From an uncultured bacterium (GTDB lineage Bacteria; Hydrothermota; UBA3073; NMUJ01; CBEVQO01): 64,000 nt of DNA. Below, in pieces: positions 1 through 10,416 of this stretch. A program made the translations under genes and the position numbers. The stretch spans positions 128,001 through 192,000 of the forward strand of contig CBEVQO010000004.1 in assembly GCA_965552055.1 (NCBI GenBank), written 5' to 3'. The notes under the pieces were generated by a model that was not told the DNA's origin, did no database searches, and was given only the letters and a program-made list of their open reading frames with translations. Within the stretch, counting starts at the first letter, position 1. Each line of letters opens with the position of its first letter.

Positions 1-933
1 ACATTTGATACCCTGCCACCTGATTTCTCTTCGCTGATAGTTTATCAGAATGTATATGGGTTGAAGAATCTGGATATATATGTGTTTTCGAGTGAGAGTC
101 TTTATGTTTCTGATATAATAGCTGAGAGTGCTGTTGTTGATATTTATAAGGGTGATAGTTTGCTTCAGAGTTTGAAATGTCCATATTTTGGCTATGATGC
201 TTTCTCAGGTTATTATATTTATAGTTCGACATATACTTTGCCCGGTGAAGGCACTTATTATTTGATACTTTCTGGGAGGGATGTTGCTTCTGTTCCTTTG
301 CGTCCCGAAACTGTTCAGGTTTCTGTTGTTTATAAATCGAAAGGAAGAAAGATAACGCTCAATGGGTGTGATGTTGAAGTTTTAAGTAATGGGGATGGTT
401 ATCTTCTTATAAGTTCTATTTTACCTGAAAAATACTCCAAGGTATACGGAGTTAAGTGTTCGGATGTTTCACCGGTTTATATAGTTGGTAAGAAGGGTGA
501 GCCTTTAGGCTGTCGTATTTTGATGAGTTATCCTGCTTCTGATGTTGGTCTTTATCGTTTGCAGGGTGATAAATGGGTATATGTGAATGGCTATTACGAT
601 GAGAGCAAGGGTAAGAGTTGTGCTATTATAGATAAGGGAGGCATTTATCAATTTAGGCGTAAAGTAAGTTCTGTGGAGACCTATTTCTACTGTCAGCCTG
701 TTCCTGCGAATGACTATCTGTGGGTTTATTACGGAGGATATGGAGGTAGGATGGTAAAGATAAGGCTTTATGATATTAATGGCCGTCTTGTGAGAGAATT
801 AAATCTTATGAATCGAGTTAATGGTGAAAAATGCTATCGTCTTGATGTGAGGGATTTGTATTCTGGTTGTTACATTCTGGTTTTTGAAAATGGTTCTTAT
901 AAAGTGAGGCGTAAGATTGTAATTATAAAATAG
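1..933 (+). CDS. Secreted protein with T9SS type A-like C-terminal sorting domain, 5'-truncated by the window
   Basis: Frame is open from base 1. C-terminus PVPAND...IRLYDINGRLVR...LYSGCYIL...RKIVIIK matches the Por_Secre_tail pattern. Confidence 0.75.
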   Translation, partial: TFDTLPPDFSSLIVYQNVYGLKNLDIYVFSSESLYVSDIIAESAVVDIYKGDSLLQSLKCPYFGYDAFSGYYIYSSTYTLPGEGTYYLILSGRDVASVPLRPETVQVSVVYKSKGRKITLNGCDVEVLSNGDGYLLISSILPEKYSKVYGVKCSDVSPVYIVGKKGEPLGCRILMSYPASDVGLYRLQGDKWVYVNGYYDESKGKSCAIIDKGGIYQFRRKVSSVETYFYCQPVPANDYLWVYYGGYGGRMVKIRLYDINGRLVRELNLMNRVNGEKCYRLDVRDLYSGCYILVFENGSYKVRRKIVIIK

Positions 934-941
934 GAGGGGCT

Positions 942-1967
942 ATGAGGAATCTTTGGCTTATTTTGGTGATAAGTGTAGTTGTAAGTTGCGGGGTAAAAGA
1001 GAGCAAAGAGCCGCCTCCGTCTTTGACACCGAATCTTGATAGTTTATTGATAAAAGGCTGGGTTTATTACAGTGAAGGCAAGTTTGACACAGCCAAACAA
1101 ATTTTTGATTCGGTGCTTATGTTTGATGTTTATAACTTTGATGCGCTGATAGGAGGTGGCTGGTCGAGCATACATCTTGGGGAATATCTTGATGCACATA
1201 CATATCTTGGTCTTGCTTTGACAGTGAAAGGCGGGAGTCCGGTTTTTAAATCTCCTGAGGCTTCTTTTGAATATGATACTACTATAAATGAGACAATAAG
1301 AGTGGGGGATGAAATAAAGACAGTGGTTTATAAGATGAAGCCAGCAGGAGGCAACTATATTTTAGCACTTGATGAACTTGAATGCGAGTATAAGAAACCT
1401 TATACAATTTATCGAGATACCTGTATATTCTACGATACTGTTGTGGTAGGAACTACTGTTGTCGTTGAAATTGATACGCTTTATCGTGATACAGTGGAAG
1501 CGGAATCTGTTTTTAAATATGAAGTGGCTGCAATTTTCAATGATTGTATATGGCTTACATGGAGTAGCGAAAATGATACGAATGTTGTGCCCCGTGCACC
1601 TGCTTCTGTTACAGTGAGCAGTTATTATATAGTGGGGGAACCTGATTCATTGCAAGCGGAGGCGTTTGCAGGTGAATGTGCTTCTTATGTGTATGAGGGA
1701 GAATATTTTGATGCTGTTAAAAATGGCAATGCTGTGATTTATATTAATCCTTCATATGTGACTAAATATAAGGATTATGTTACTTTTGACATAAAGTCTG
1801 TGCGTCTTCTTCTTGCGAAAAGTTATATGGAACTTGGTCTTTATAAGAATGTTGAAGAAGAGTTGAAGGCACTGGATTCTTCATGGGAGCCTCCTTCGCC
1901 CTCGTCTTCGGATTATCTTTATCAGCTTTATAAGAAATTAGGCGAAATGAGTTTAGGTAGCTTATAA
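942..1967 (+). CDS. TPR-containing lipoprotein
   Basis: SD GGAGG; lipobox-like VVVSC; TPR-like helices (GWVYYSEGKFDTAKQIF, LAKSYMELGLY). Confidence 0.65.
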   Translation: MRNLWLILVISVVVSCGVKESKEPPPSLTPNLDSLLIKGWVYYSEGKFDTAKQIFDSVLMFDVYNFDALIGGGWSSIHLGEYLDAHTYLGLALTVKGGSPVFKSPEASFEYDTTINETIRVGDEIKTVVYKMKPAGGNYILALDELECEYKKPYTIYRDTCIFYDTVVVGTTVVVEIDTLYRDTVEAESVFKYEVAAIFNDCIWLTWSSENDTNVVPRAPASVTVSSYYIVGEPDSLQAEAFAGECASYVYEGEYFDAVKNGNAVIYINPSYVTKYKDYVTFDIKSVRLLLAKSYMELGLYKNVEEELKALDSSWEPPSPSSSDYLYQLYKKLGEMSLGSL

Positions 1968-1976
1968 GGGGGGGTT

Positions 1977-4900
1977 ATGCGTAAGTGTCTGTATCTATTA
2001 GTCTCCCTGTTGCTTGCAGGGAGTGTGTATGGGAGACTGATGCTATTGAGAAGCGATGGCAGGGCGATGCCGCTGAAGTCGGTGAAGGAAGCGGTGCTGT
2101 CTCATGGTTACACGAAGATGAAGATAGACGATGCTATAAGGGTTGATAAAGCGAAGACCCCGGATGTATTCTCTCAGGTGGAAAAAGGTGCAAAAGGGGT
2201 GCAGATGACTCTGTCTTATCATGGTCCTTCTCGCTACTACTGTCCTTACAGGGCTCCTGGTTCATTGATTCTGGGATGGTTTACGCCTCCTGCTGCTTGT
2301 TCCATACTTGCTGTGCGAGCTGAGTTCTACTCTGATGGTCAATGTAAAGGTTATATATGGAACTCTCCTTTCCCTTATGTTGCAGGAATGGATCAGAGTG
2401 CGGCTAATGACTCGATAGCGAAATATTTCGTTTTTGACCCTGATTCCGGCTATAATCCTAATGGCTGGGTGGAAACGCCTGATGTCCTTGCTGGTCCATT
2501 CGTTATAAGTTCCAGTGGGTACGGCTGGGTGCAGGTAGACCTTGTGCCCATAGATGTTGGTGAAAATTCTTTCTTCTTCGGATACATACTGGAAGAGCCG
2601 ACATCCGGCAAGCCCTATCCTTTGAGCGATGATCTCACAAATCAGTATCTGCCTGCGAGGTCTTATCACTACAGAACAGGTAGCTTATATTCGGGTGCTG
2701 CTTACTTTGACTGGTATTTCAATCTTACGGGAGATCCATGGGGCAATTATGCAGGAAACTGGATGCTTGAAGTGGTGGTAAATGTTTATGGTAATCCACC
2801 TCCAATGGTCTATCACGATCAGTTACCCTACACCTATTATGCGGGTCCTTATAAAGTTCGGGCATTGATTATAGATTACGGTACTACTGATTATCCTGCG
2901 GGTGTTGATACGGTATTTCTCTATTATGCTGACCCCAATGTATTTGACCCACAGGATCCTACAACTTATGACAGTGTTGCTATGACCCTGGTAAGTGGTG
3001 CTGCTGATAGTGGTGTATATGAAGCGGATTTACCTGCGCTCTCTTTATATGAAGAATGGCTTTACTGGATAGAGGCAAGAGATGTTGAGCCCCGTACAGG
3101 TACATGGCCTGCTCCCGGTAGGTGGGCTCCAGCAATAATGGGAAGGCTCTCAAAGACACCGTATTACAGCAGTCTTGTAGTTATTCCGTCAACAGGAGTA
3201 ACGGATATCTACGCTGTTGATGATATAATGACCAATACATTCCATCAGGATTATGATTTCTGGTTCTGTGAGGACTGGCTCTATCCTGATAGCAGTGTGA
3301 TAAATGCTTATCAATGTGTGGAGTGGTGGACATGGTCTGATGATTACATTTTACAATCAGAGTCTGCTTTAAGGACATTCCTTGACAACGGTGGTAAATT
3401 GTTCCTTACGGGTCAGGATGTTCTTTATCCTTTTGTTGGAACATACGATACAGTAATGGTTACTTCTGGTAACTTCGTATATGATTATCTAAAACTGGAA
3501 AAAGTGACAGATGATAATGTTTGTCAGGAAGAACCTCTTACTATAAGCGGTGTAAGTGGAGATGAAATAACGGGTGAATTCGTGGATTCTAACTGGACAC
3601 TCTATTATGATCCTATGGATGCATGGGTAAGTGGAGATGTGTGGATGGGTACAGCTGTTCCGATCGAGGGAGCTGGTGTTGATACTATCTTCATGGATGA
3701 ATATGATAATGCTGTTGGCTTCAAATATGCTGATGCTTCGGGATACAAATATGTATTAAACTATTTCCAGACTGATGCTTGTGTTGATACTCTGACATTG
3801 CATCCTGTGTGGGGATCTTATTACGGTATTCTTTCATGGGATGCTCAGAAGTTGAGGATGTTTATGGATAATATGATGGGCTGGTTTGGTATTCCTAAAA
3901 TTGGCATTGACGGAGCGGCGATTGCCGTCACTGCACCTGAGGTAGCTGGTCTCAGTAGAGGCTATATCGCTCCTGTGAGTGTTACTGTGGGTAACATGGG
4001 TTGTGATACTCATGCTTATCATGTAGAATTGCATGCAGATATTCCTTTTGCTTATGAATGGATAAGCTCTGATGCAAGTGATACCATAGATACTTCGTAC
4101 ATTCTCACGATTATCCAAATGGATACTTCATCGCCTCTTGCTTCTTATATGTCCGAAGATGTACCATTTGCTCCAATTTACTTGTGGGATACTGTAATCT
4201 TTAAAGGTTCCGCAGAAACTGAAACTGTTGTGATACCTCCGTCTAGTCCTGTTACACTGACTGGCATAATAAACAGTGAAGACACTATTGTTACTTATAA
4301 TAACATTGCTCAATTTTCTGTGACGATTGTGCCCTGTACGATCGATGTCCATCCTGTTTCACTTACGGGCTATGCTTACGCTAATCTGTCCTCAGTAATT
4401 TCAGTTGATGTTACTCAAGATGGTTCGGACGATATTACAAATGTGCCTGTATGCATTTGTACAAGTGGAGGAAAATGGTTTGAAGATACTATTTCTTCTA
4501 TAGGTTATGGTGATATTGTGACTCTTGCATTTGAATTTACGGCAGGCGATACTCTTGATACTATTTTCTTCTATGCTGTTACAAATGCTGCTGGCGAAGA
4601 AAATGCGAGCAACGATACTAGTGCAATTTACTATCTCGTTCCGGTTGCTTACTACGATGCATTTGTATGCTCTCTGAAAACGCCTGTAACTGTTCATTAC
4701 GGAGATACAAACACAGCTGAGGTCAAAGTAGGAAATTACAATTCTTATGACAGAGAGTTTAAAGTTGCATTTACAGTTACCCATAAAGGCACAATACTCG
4801 TAGCGGCAGATACTCAGGATGTTTTAATAGGTCGTCTCGATACTACTACTGTTACCTTCAACTGGGTGTCAAATGTATGGGAAGAAGGTGCAGCATATGA

Positions 4901-5273
4901 CCTAATGGCAACGGTAATCATGGATGGAGATGCGGTGGCTGATAATAATACTGTTACAAAAACTGTCTATCAAATTGCAATCGCAGAAGTCAAACCGCAG
5001 TTTGTCCTTTATCCGAGCTATCCTAACCCAATGACCAGGAAAGCGGTGATAAAATTCGGTGTGCCCGAGAGAACACATGTGAGCCTCAAGATTTATGACA
5101 TAACAGGAAGATTGGTGAGAACACTCAAAGATGCTACACTGGATGCCGGTTACTACACTGTAACCTGGGATGGTAGAGATAACAAAGGCAGACCTGTTGC
5201 TACCGGAGTTTACTTCTATCGTCTTGAGGCTGCCGGTAAGATTGCCACGAAGAAGCTCGTTCGCCTTAAGTAA
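1977..5273 (+). CDS. Large secreted multidomain protein (Ig/CARDB-like) with FlgD-Ig/T9SS C-terminal domain
   Basis: Signal peptide; C-terminal YPNP...LKIYDITGRLVRTL...WDGRDNKGRPVATGVYFYRL...KKLV. Confidence 0.8.
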   Translation: MRKCLYLLVSLLLAGSVYGRLMLLRSDGRAMPLKSVKEAVLSHGYTKMKIDDAIRVDKAKTPDVFSQVEKGAKGVQMTLSYHGPSRYYCPYRAPGSLILGWFTPPAACSILAVRAEFYSDGQCKGYIWNSPFPYVAGMDQSAANDSIAKYFVFDPDSGYNPNGWVETPDVLAGPFVISSSGYGWVQVDLVPIDVGENSFFFGYILEEPTSGKPYPLSDDLTNQYLPARSYHYRTGSLYSGAAYFDWYFNLTGDPWGNYAGNWMLEVVVNVYGNPPPMVYHDQLPYTYYAGPYKVRALIIDYGTTDYPAGVDTVFLYYADPNVFDPQDPTTYDSVAMTLVSGAADSGVYEADLPALSLYEEWLYWIEARDVEPRTGTWPAPGRWAPAIMGRLSKTPYYSSLVVIPSTGVTDIYAVDDIMTNTFHQDYDFWFCEDWLYPDSSVINAYQCVEWWTWSDDYILQSESALRTFLDNGGKLFLTGQDVLYPFVGTYDTVMVTSGNFVYDYLKLEKVTDDNVCQEEPLTISGVSGDEITGEFVDSNWTLYYDPMDAWVSGDVWMGTAVPIEGAGVDTIFMDEYDNAVGFKYADASGYKYVLNYFQTDACVDTLTLHPVWGSYYGILSWDAQKLRMFMDNMMGWFGIPKIGIDGAAIAVTAPEVAGLSRGYIAPVSVTVGNMGCDTHAYHVELHADIPFAYEWISSDASDTIDTSYILTIIQMDTSSPLASYMSEDVPFAPIYLWDTVIFKGSAETETVVIPPSSPVTLTGIINSEDTIVTYNNIAQFSVTIVPCTIDVHPVSLTGYAYANLSSVISVDVTQDGSDDITNVPVCICTSGGKWFEDTISSIGYGDIVTLAFEFTAGDTLDTIFFYAVTNAAGEENASNDTSAIYYLVPVAYYDAFVCSLKTPVTVHYGDTNTAEVKVGNYNSYDREFKVAFTVTHKGTILVAADTQDVLIGRLDTTTVTFNWVSNVWEEGAAYDLMATVIMDGDAVADNNTVTKTVYQIAIAEVKPQFVLYPSYPNPMTRKAVIKFGVPERTHVSLKIYDITGRLVRTLKDATLDAGYYTVTWDGRDNKGRPVATGVYFYRLEAAGKIATKKLVRLK

Positions 5274-5288
5274 GCACTGATAGCAGCG

Positions 5289-5327
5289 GGGAGGCAGGTT
5301 CGATTCGCCTGCCTCCCTTTATTTTTT
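5289..5327 (+). terminator. Rho-independent terminator
   Basis: Perfect 10-bp stem GGGAGGCAGG/CCTGCCTCCC, 9-nt loop, T-rich tail, just after the stop at 5273. Confidence 0.85.
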
Positions 5328-5346
5328 ATAATAACTTAATTATTTG

Positions 5347-5373
5347 TTGACAAATTCACATTTTTATTAAATT
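5347..5373 (+). promoter_or_regulatory. Promoter TTGACA-N15-TAAATT, 5 nt before GTG (leaderless-like)
   Basis: Read directly; same geometry as other promoters in the window. Confidence 0.7.
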
Positions 5374-5378
5374 ATTTG

Positions 5379-6722
5379 GTGAGCCATTTCATCCCAATAA
5401 CTCCCGAAGAAAAAAAAGAGATGCTTAAAAAAATCGGTGTTAAAAATTTCGAAGAATTGATAAATACTATTATTCCTGAAGAAATAAGATTAAAGGGAGA
5501 ACTCGATTTACCGGAAAGTTTATCGGAACTTGAAGTAAAAAGAGAGGTGGAAAAAATTGCCAATTTAAATGTTTCGACGGATTCTTTTATAAATTTCATG
5601 GGTGCAGGTGCTTATGACCATTTCATTCCATCTGCTGTTTTTCACATAATAAGCAGACCTGAATTTTACACCGCTTATACTCCCTATCAGGCAGAAGCAT
5701 CTCAGGGCACATTACAGGCGCTTTACGAATATCAATCCATGATTTGTGAATTGATGGAAATGGATGTTGCCAATTCTTCAATGTATGATGGTGGAACTGC
5801 TATTGCTGAAGCATGTCGCATGGCACTCGCAATTAAAAAAGGAGAAAAGGTACTCGTAGCAGGCACCCTTCATCCTTATTATTTGCGATGCATAAAAACA
5901 TATCTTTCTGAAGAAAAAGTTTTAATATGTCCGGAAAAAGGTGGTCAGATAGATATTGAGAAATTAGATGAATTAATGAAAGATGCATGTGCTTTTGTTT
6001 GTCAGAGTCCGAATTTTTATGGCGTTCTTGAAGAAGTATTTGATATAAGCGAAATTGTTCACAAAAATGGAGGTTTATTAATTGCTGTTCCTTTGCCCAT
6101 TTCTCTTGGTTTACTTTCACCTCCCGGTGAATATGATGCGGATATTGTGGCATGTGAGGGTCAAACACTTGGTTTACCGTTGAATTTTGGTGGTCCTTAT
6201 CTTGGCATTTTATGTGCCAGACGCGAATTCATAAGATACATGCCGGGTAGAATTATTGGAAGGACAGTGGATAAGGATGGCAAAGATGCTTTTTGTATGG
6301 TATTACAGACAAGGGAGCAACATATAAGGCGTGCACGAGCAACATCCAACATCTGCACAAATCAAACGCTTTGTGCAATAGCATCTGCTGTTTATCTTGC
6401 ACTTATGGGTAAGGAAGGTTTGCGTGAAGTCGCAGAACTATGCATGCAAAAAGCCCATTATCTTGCAGAAAAAATAGAAGAAATAGAAGGATTTAATTTG
6501 AAATATAAAAAGCCATTTTTTAATGAATTTGTGGTTGAAACACCTTTACCTGCTTTGGAAATTTGTGAGAAATTGAAAGATAAGAAGATATTCGCCGGAG
6601 TGCCTTTGAGTAAATTTTATCCGGAAAGAGAAAAAGAATTGTTGATAGCGGTTACCGAGAAGCGCACTAAGTGTGAGCTCGATAATTTTGTTGAACTTTT
6701 GAATACTTTTAAAGTGGCTTGA
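5379..6722 (+). CDS. gcvPA: Glycine dehydrogenase (decarboxylating) subunit 1
   Basis: GAGAYDH, YTAYTPYQAEASQG, NSSMYDG, REQHIRRARATSNICTNQ. Confidence 0.95.
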   Translation: MSHFIPITPEEKKEMLKKIGVKNFEELINTIIPEEIRLKGELDLPESLSELEVKREVEKIANLNVSTDSFINFMGAGAYDHFIPSAVFHIISRPEFYTAYTPYQAEASQGTLQALYEYQSMICELMEMDVANSSMYDGGTAIAEACRMALAIKKGEKVLVAGTLHPYYLRCIKTYLSEEKVLICPEKGGQIDIEKLDELMKDACAFVCQSPNFYGVLEEVFDISEIVHKNGGLLIAVPLPISLGLLSPPGEYDADIVACEGQTLGLPLNFGGPYLGILCARREFIRYMPGRIIGRTVDKDGKDAFCMVLQTREQHIRRARATSNICTNQTLCAIASAVYLALMGKEGLREVAELCMQKAHYLAEKIEEIEGFNLKYKKPFFNEFVVETPLPALEICEKLKDKKIFAGVPLSKFYPEREKELLIAVTEKRTKCELDNFVELLNTFKVA

Positions 6723-6745
6723 CAAATCTATGGTATGATTAATAT
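6719..6745 (+). promoter_or_regulatory. Promoter TTGACA-N15-TAATAT
   Basis: Overlaps the gcvPA stop; followed by a G-rich SD and ATG 6761. Confidence 0.65.
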
Positions 6746-6760
6746 TATTGGGGGGAGAAA

Positions 6761-7354
6761 ATGCCTGAGACGAAGATTGAGAAAAAGAAGCTCGAAGAGA
6801 CGATAAGAAAAGCGGTGAAAGAAATTCTTCTGGAGACATTAATAGAAGAGGATGCATTCAGGAAATTTGAGTTAAGCACGGCAGGAAGAGTGATAAGAAT
6901 AGAAGAGAAGCTGGATAAATTTGTGACCAAAGAAGAGTTTCAGAAAGCGATAGGTGAATTGAACAAAAGAATAGATGTGAAGACAGCGGAGACCAATAAA
7001 AGGATAGATGAGAAGACGGCGGAGACCAATAAAAGGATAGATGAGAAGATAGCTGAAGTTAATAAAAGGATAGATGAGAAGACGGCGGAGACCAATAAAA
7101 GGATAGATGAGAAGATAGCTGAAGTTAATAAAAGGATAGATGAGAAGACGGCGGAGACCAACAGGAGGATAGATGAGAAGATAGCTGAAGTTAACAAGAG
7201 GATAGATGAAAAGACGGCGGAGACTAACAAGAGGCTAGATGAGAAGATAGCTGAAGTTAACAGGAGGATTGACAAATTATTGTGGCTACTAGTTGGGGCA
7301 TTATTAGGAATAATTGGCACTCTAATAACCGCAATTTTTAACTTATTAAGATAG
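6761..7354 (+). CDS. Membrane-anchored coiled-coil repeat protein (DUF1640/CCDC90- or Bdr-like)
   Basis: VTKEEF neck motif, nine 11-residue repeats, C-terminal hydrophobic helix. Confidence 0.7.
   Translation: MPETKIEKKKLEETIRKAVKEILLETLIEEDAFRKFELSTAGRVIRIEEKLDKFVTKEEFQKAIGELNKRIDVKTAETNKRIDEKTAETNKRIDEKIAEVNKRIDEKTAETNKRIDEKIAEVNKRIDEKTAETNRRIDEKIAEVNKRIDEKTAETNKRLDEKIAEVNRRIDKLLWLLVGALLGIIGTLITAIFNLLR
6968..7273 (+). repeat. 33-bp coding tandem repeat, 9 units of two mostly alternating types
   Basis: RIDEKTAETNK and RIDEKIAEVNK units with near-identical DNA. Confidence 0.95.
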
Positions 7355-7358
7355 AGGA

Positions 7359-8111
7359 CTAATATTTTTTGAAAAAATTTATTGCGTTATCCACGAATTT
7401 TTCTGCTTCTTCTATTAAATTTTTTATTTTTTCTTTGGATATCTCTTTTTTAACTTTATTCCAGTTTTTTCTGTATTTAAACAACTCTTCTATTATTTCG
7501 CTATTTAGTTGCGGAAAGATTTCTTTTATCTTTTGTGGTATTTCGCTTGTTTTCACGAAAATGTTTTTAAAAGCAAGCATATCCTGACAGCAATTTTTAA
7601 TTCTCCTTATGCAGAGCCGTAATTTTTCATAATTATATTCTTCTAATTTTGTGAACTGTTCTTTAAAAAGTTTCAGCCATTTTATCACATCCTCTGGTTG
7701 CAATTTGATTTCTGGTATAAGTTTTCTAAAATCCCATCCGTATATTATTTTTCCTGTATTTTTTGTCAGATGTAAAGAAACTTTGTCGAGTGTGAATCCG
7801 AACTCTCCGTGAGCAGAATTTATAATCACAGGTAGTTCTTTATATTTAATCCATTCTTTCAATTCTTCTTTTGTAATGAGTATCCATCCTACATCGCATT
7901 GTGGATATTTTTCTCTTTCATTTAACATAAATTTGGTTATCTCTTTTAAATTTTCAAAATTTTTTGCAATTATGAAAATATCTGCGTCACTCCATCCTTC
8001 TATCCAGTCACCTGTTGCCAGACTGCCCTGCAAAAGCAAAGATAAAAGTCCTTTAACATCAGGAGCTTTTTCACGCAAATCCTTTATGAGATTTTCAAAC
8101 GAATCTTTCAT
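7359..8111 (-). CDS. Nucleotidyltransferase (Pol-beta superfamily) with helical C-terminal domain
   Basis: GSLATGD...WSDADI matches the GS-x-DxD signature. Confidence 0.75.
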   Translation of the reverse strand: MKDSFENLIKDLREKAPDVKGLLSLLLQGSLATGDWIEGWSDADIFIIAKNFENLKEITKFMLNEREKYPQCDVGWILITKEELKEWIKYKELPVIINSAHGEFGFTLDKVSLHLTKNTGKIIYGWDFRKLIPEIKLQPEDVIKWLKLFKEQFTKLEEYNYEKLRLCIRRIKNCCQDMLAFKNIFVKTSEIPQKIKEIFPQLNSEIIEELFKYRKNWNKVKKEISKEKIKNLIEEAEKFVDNAINFFKKY

Positions 8112-9219
8112 AAAATTTTATCAATCTTTTTATTAGCAAATCTTTTTCGAAAAATTTTTCTCTTTCCCTTAATTTATCTTTGATTTTCCCTTTATCAAAT
8201 TTGTCCCAATTTTCCAATATCCGGATTAATTCTTCTGTTTTATCATAGTAAATGCCGGCATCTTTTAAAATTTCTCTATGTATTTTTGTATCTTTTGCGA
8301 TTACAGGTAGTCCTGCCTTTATGTAATTTATTACTTTTCCATCTGCTTCGCATTCCGATTTCTTAGGTGCAAGCGCTACATCGCCTATACTTAAATATCT
8401 ATGAGCTTCAAAATAATCTATCTTCCCTGTGAAAATAACATTTTTTAAATCTTTTGCTCTCTCTTTGTATTTATCCTCTGGATAGCCCATTATTACAAAT
8501 TTCCATTTTTTTAATTTCTCTGCTGCTTCAAGAATTGCTGGCACTCCCTGATAATCGGTTAAAATTCCAAGATATACCGCGATTTTGTCTTTTTCGGATA
8601 AATTCAATTTTTTCATAATTTCTTTATTCTTTGAAGTTTTAAATCTTTCGGGTGCAAAATCCCATATTGTTTCTACATTTTTTAGCCCTTTACTTTTCAA
8701 ATATTGAGTAAAGATTTCGGAAGATGTAGTTATACCTGTCATTAATTTTAATAATCTAATCTCGAATATGTCAACTATTTTTTTGAGTAATTTTAAGAAT
8801 TTCCAGCCATGTTGTATTACTTCACACGCAAATTTGCCCTGAAAATCACAAATCACAGGTATTTTCTTCATAATTTTTATGGGCAATGTTATAAATGCTC
8901 CTTCAAGTAAAAAAGCGTGTATCAAATTGGGCTTAAATTTACAGACTTCTTTAAATGTTTTTAAAATCATCAAAAAATCAAGGAAGAATTTTAGAAAATG
9001 TGGACCTGGTTCTGTTTTTTTAAAGGGCAAAATAGGAGGTATTCTCACGATGTCGAGACCTTTTAAATTTTCTCCTTCAGGATAAGTTAAGATTTTTATT
9101 ATAAAATTTCTTTCTTTTAAAGCGTTTGCTATTTCATAAATTCTTATGTGACAACCTCTATGTGCGAAGAAAGGTGTGGGTGCCACTATCAATATTTTAA
9201 AGTATTTCTTCTGTGACAT
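8095..9219 (-). CDS. Glycosyltransferase family 4
   Basis: PTPFFAHRGCHIRI, YLGILTDYQG, KVINYIKAGLPVIA. Confidence 0.85.
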   Translation of the reverse strand: MSQKKYFKILIVAPTPFFAHRGCHIRIYEIANALKERNFIIKILTYPEGENLKGLDIVRIPPILPFKKTEPGPHFLKFFLDFLMILKTFKEVCKFKPNLIHAFLLEGAFITLPIKIMKKIPVICDFQGKFACEVIQHGWKFLKLLKKIVDIFEIRLLKLMTGITTSSEIFTQYLKSKGLKNVETIWDFAPERFKTSKNKEIMKKLNLSEKDKIAVYLGILTDYQGVPAILEAAEKLKKWKFVIMGYPEDKYKERAKDLKNVIFTGKIDYFEAHRYLSIGDVALAPKKSECEADGKVINYIKAGLPVIAKDTKIHREILKDAGIYYDKTEELIRILENWDKFDKGKIKDKLREREKFFEKDLLIKRLIKFYERFV

Positions 9220-10141
9220 AAATCGGGAATTTTTCCTGTAAATAGGCAGTGTAACAAATCATTTCTCCGATAATTGCAAGAATTATTAAAAGGAAGCCAC
9301 AGATAATTGTGAGTATTGTGAGATAAAGCAAAGGGTTTCCTGTCATATCTATTCCCCTTTTTAATTTCATCCAGATTGTGAGAATTCCACTTATTAAAGC
9401 AATTAAAAAACTCAAGATACCAATGAAGCCGATTTGCTGGATGGGGGTTTTAAATCCAGAGTGATAAAATTTTGCAATTATTATATCGGGAATTACCCTG
9501 AATATTTTTGATACGCCATACTTTGATTTTCCATGAAGTCTTTTGTTATGTTTTACTTTTATTTCTGTGATTTTACATCCCTGCCATGCAAGTAATGCAG
9601 GAAGGAAACGGTGAAGTTCACCATAAAGTTTTATTCTTTTGAGATATTTTGCTTTATAGGCTTTTAAAGTGCATCCAAAATCATGCAAGTTGACACCTGT
9701 TAAAGATGCGATTATTTTATTTGCTATTTTTGATGCTATTTTCAACCAAAACGGGTCTTTTCTTTTGTATCTCCATCCACTGACTACATCTGCTCCTTTT
9801 TCGATTTCATTGAGTAAACGGGGGATATCTTCCGGGTCATTTTGCAAATCGGCATCCATCGTTATTATGATTTCACCTTTGGCAATGTCGATACCTGCCT
9901 GCAACGCTGATGTCTGTCCAAAATTGCGACTTAATTTTACAACTTTTACAAGTTCTTTCTCCTTACTTTTAATTTCTTTCAAAATTTCAAAACTGCCATC
10001 CGTACTTCCGTCATCTACAAAAATAATCTCAAATTTTTTATTAATTTGATTGATTACAGATTTTAATTTTTCGAAAAGTGGAATTAAATTTTCTTTCTCA
10101 TTGTATAGTGGAATAACGACAGAGACATCTATTTCCTGCAT
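9197..10141 (-). CDS. Glycosyltransferase family 2 (ArnC/DPM1-like) with C-terminal TM helices
   Basis: VVIPLYNE, VDDGSTD, RNFGQ, MDADLQNDP. Confidence 0.9.
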   Translation of the reverse strand: MQEIDVSVVIPLYNEKENLIPLFEKLKSVINQINKKFEIIFVDDGSTDGSFEILKEIKSKEKELVKVVKLSRNFGQTSALQAGIDIAKGEIIITMDADLQNDPEDIPRLLNEIEKGADVVSGWRYKRKDPFWLKIASKIANKIIASLTGVNLHDFGCTLKAYKAKYLKRIKLYGELHRFLPALLAWQGCKITEIKVKHNKRLHGKSKYGVSKIFRVIPDIIIAKFYHSGFKTPIQQIGFIGILSFLIALISGILTIWMKLKRGIDMTGNPLLYLTILTIICGFLLIILAIIGEMICYTAYLQEKFPIYVTEEIL

Positions 10142-10416
10142 TTTAATTTGAAGATTACCGTTCCTCCTCCTGTTTTCTCACATGGGTCAAGGCATTGGAC
10201 ATAAGCTACTCCTTCTTCTTTCGCTAAACCAAGTATCCTCGGGTCAACCCCTTTTGATAGTGCAACATAATACGGCATTATAGATGCGAGTGAATGCATG
10301 CATATTTCTTTTTCCGTTATTAATTTATAGCCCTCTTTTATTATGAATTTATCTCCTACTTTGTAAACAGGGCAATTGCCTTTTATTTCTACTACTTCTA
10401 CAATTATATCAGCCAT
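10129..10416 (-). CDS. TIGR04076-like small Cys-containing protein
   Basis: KGNCPVYKVGDKF...ICMHSL...QCLDP...GTVIF. Confidence 0.75.
   Translation of the reverse strand: MADIIVEVVEIKGNCPVYKVGDKFIIKEGYKLITEKEICMHSLASIMPYYVALSKGVDPRILGLAKEEGVAYVQCLDPCEKTGGGTVIFKLKCRK

Noticed and set aside
5294..5312. tRNA T-arm-like GCAGGTTCGATTC (possible tRNA or att remnant)
   Set aside because: No D-arm, anticodon arm or CCA context; a terminator hairpin explains it.
6940..7320. Hydrophobic repetitive minus-strand ORF; 33-bp repeats as CRISPR
   Set aside because: The ORF is antisense to the coiled-coil repeat. The repeats are contiguous, in frame and have no spacers.
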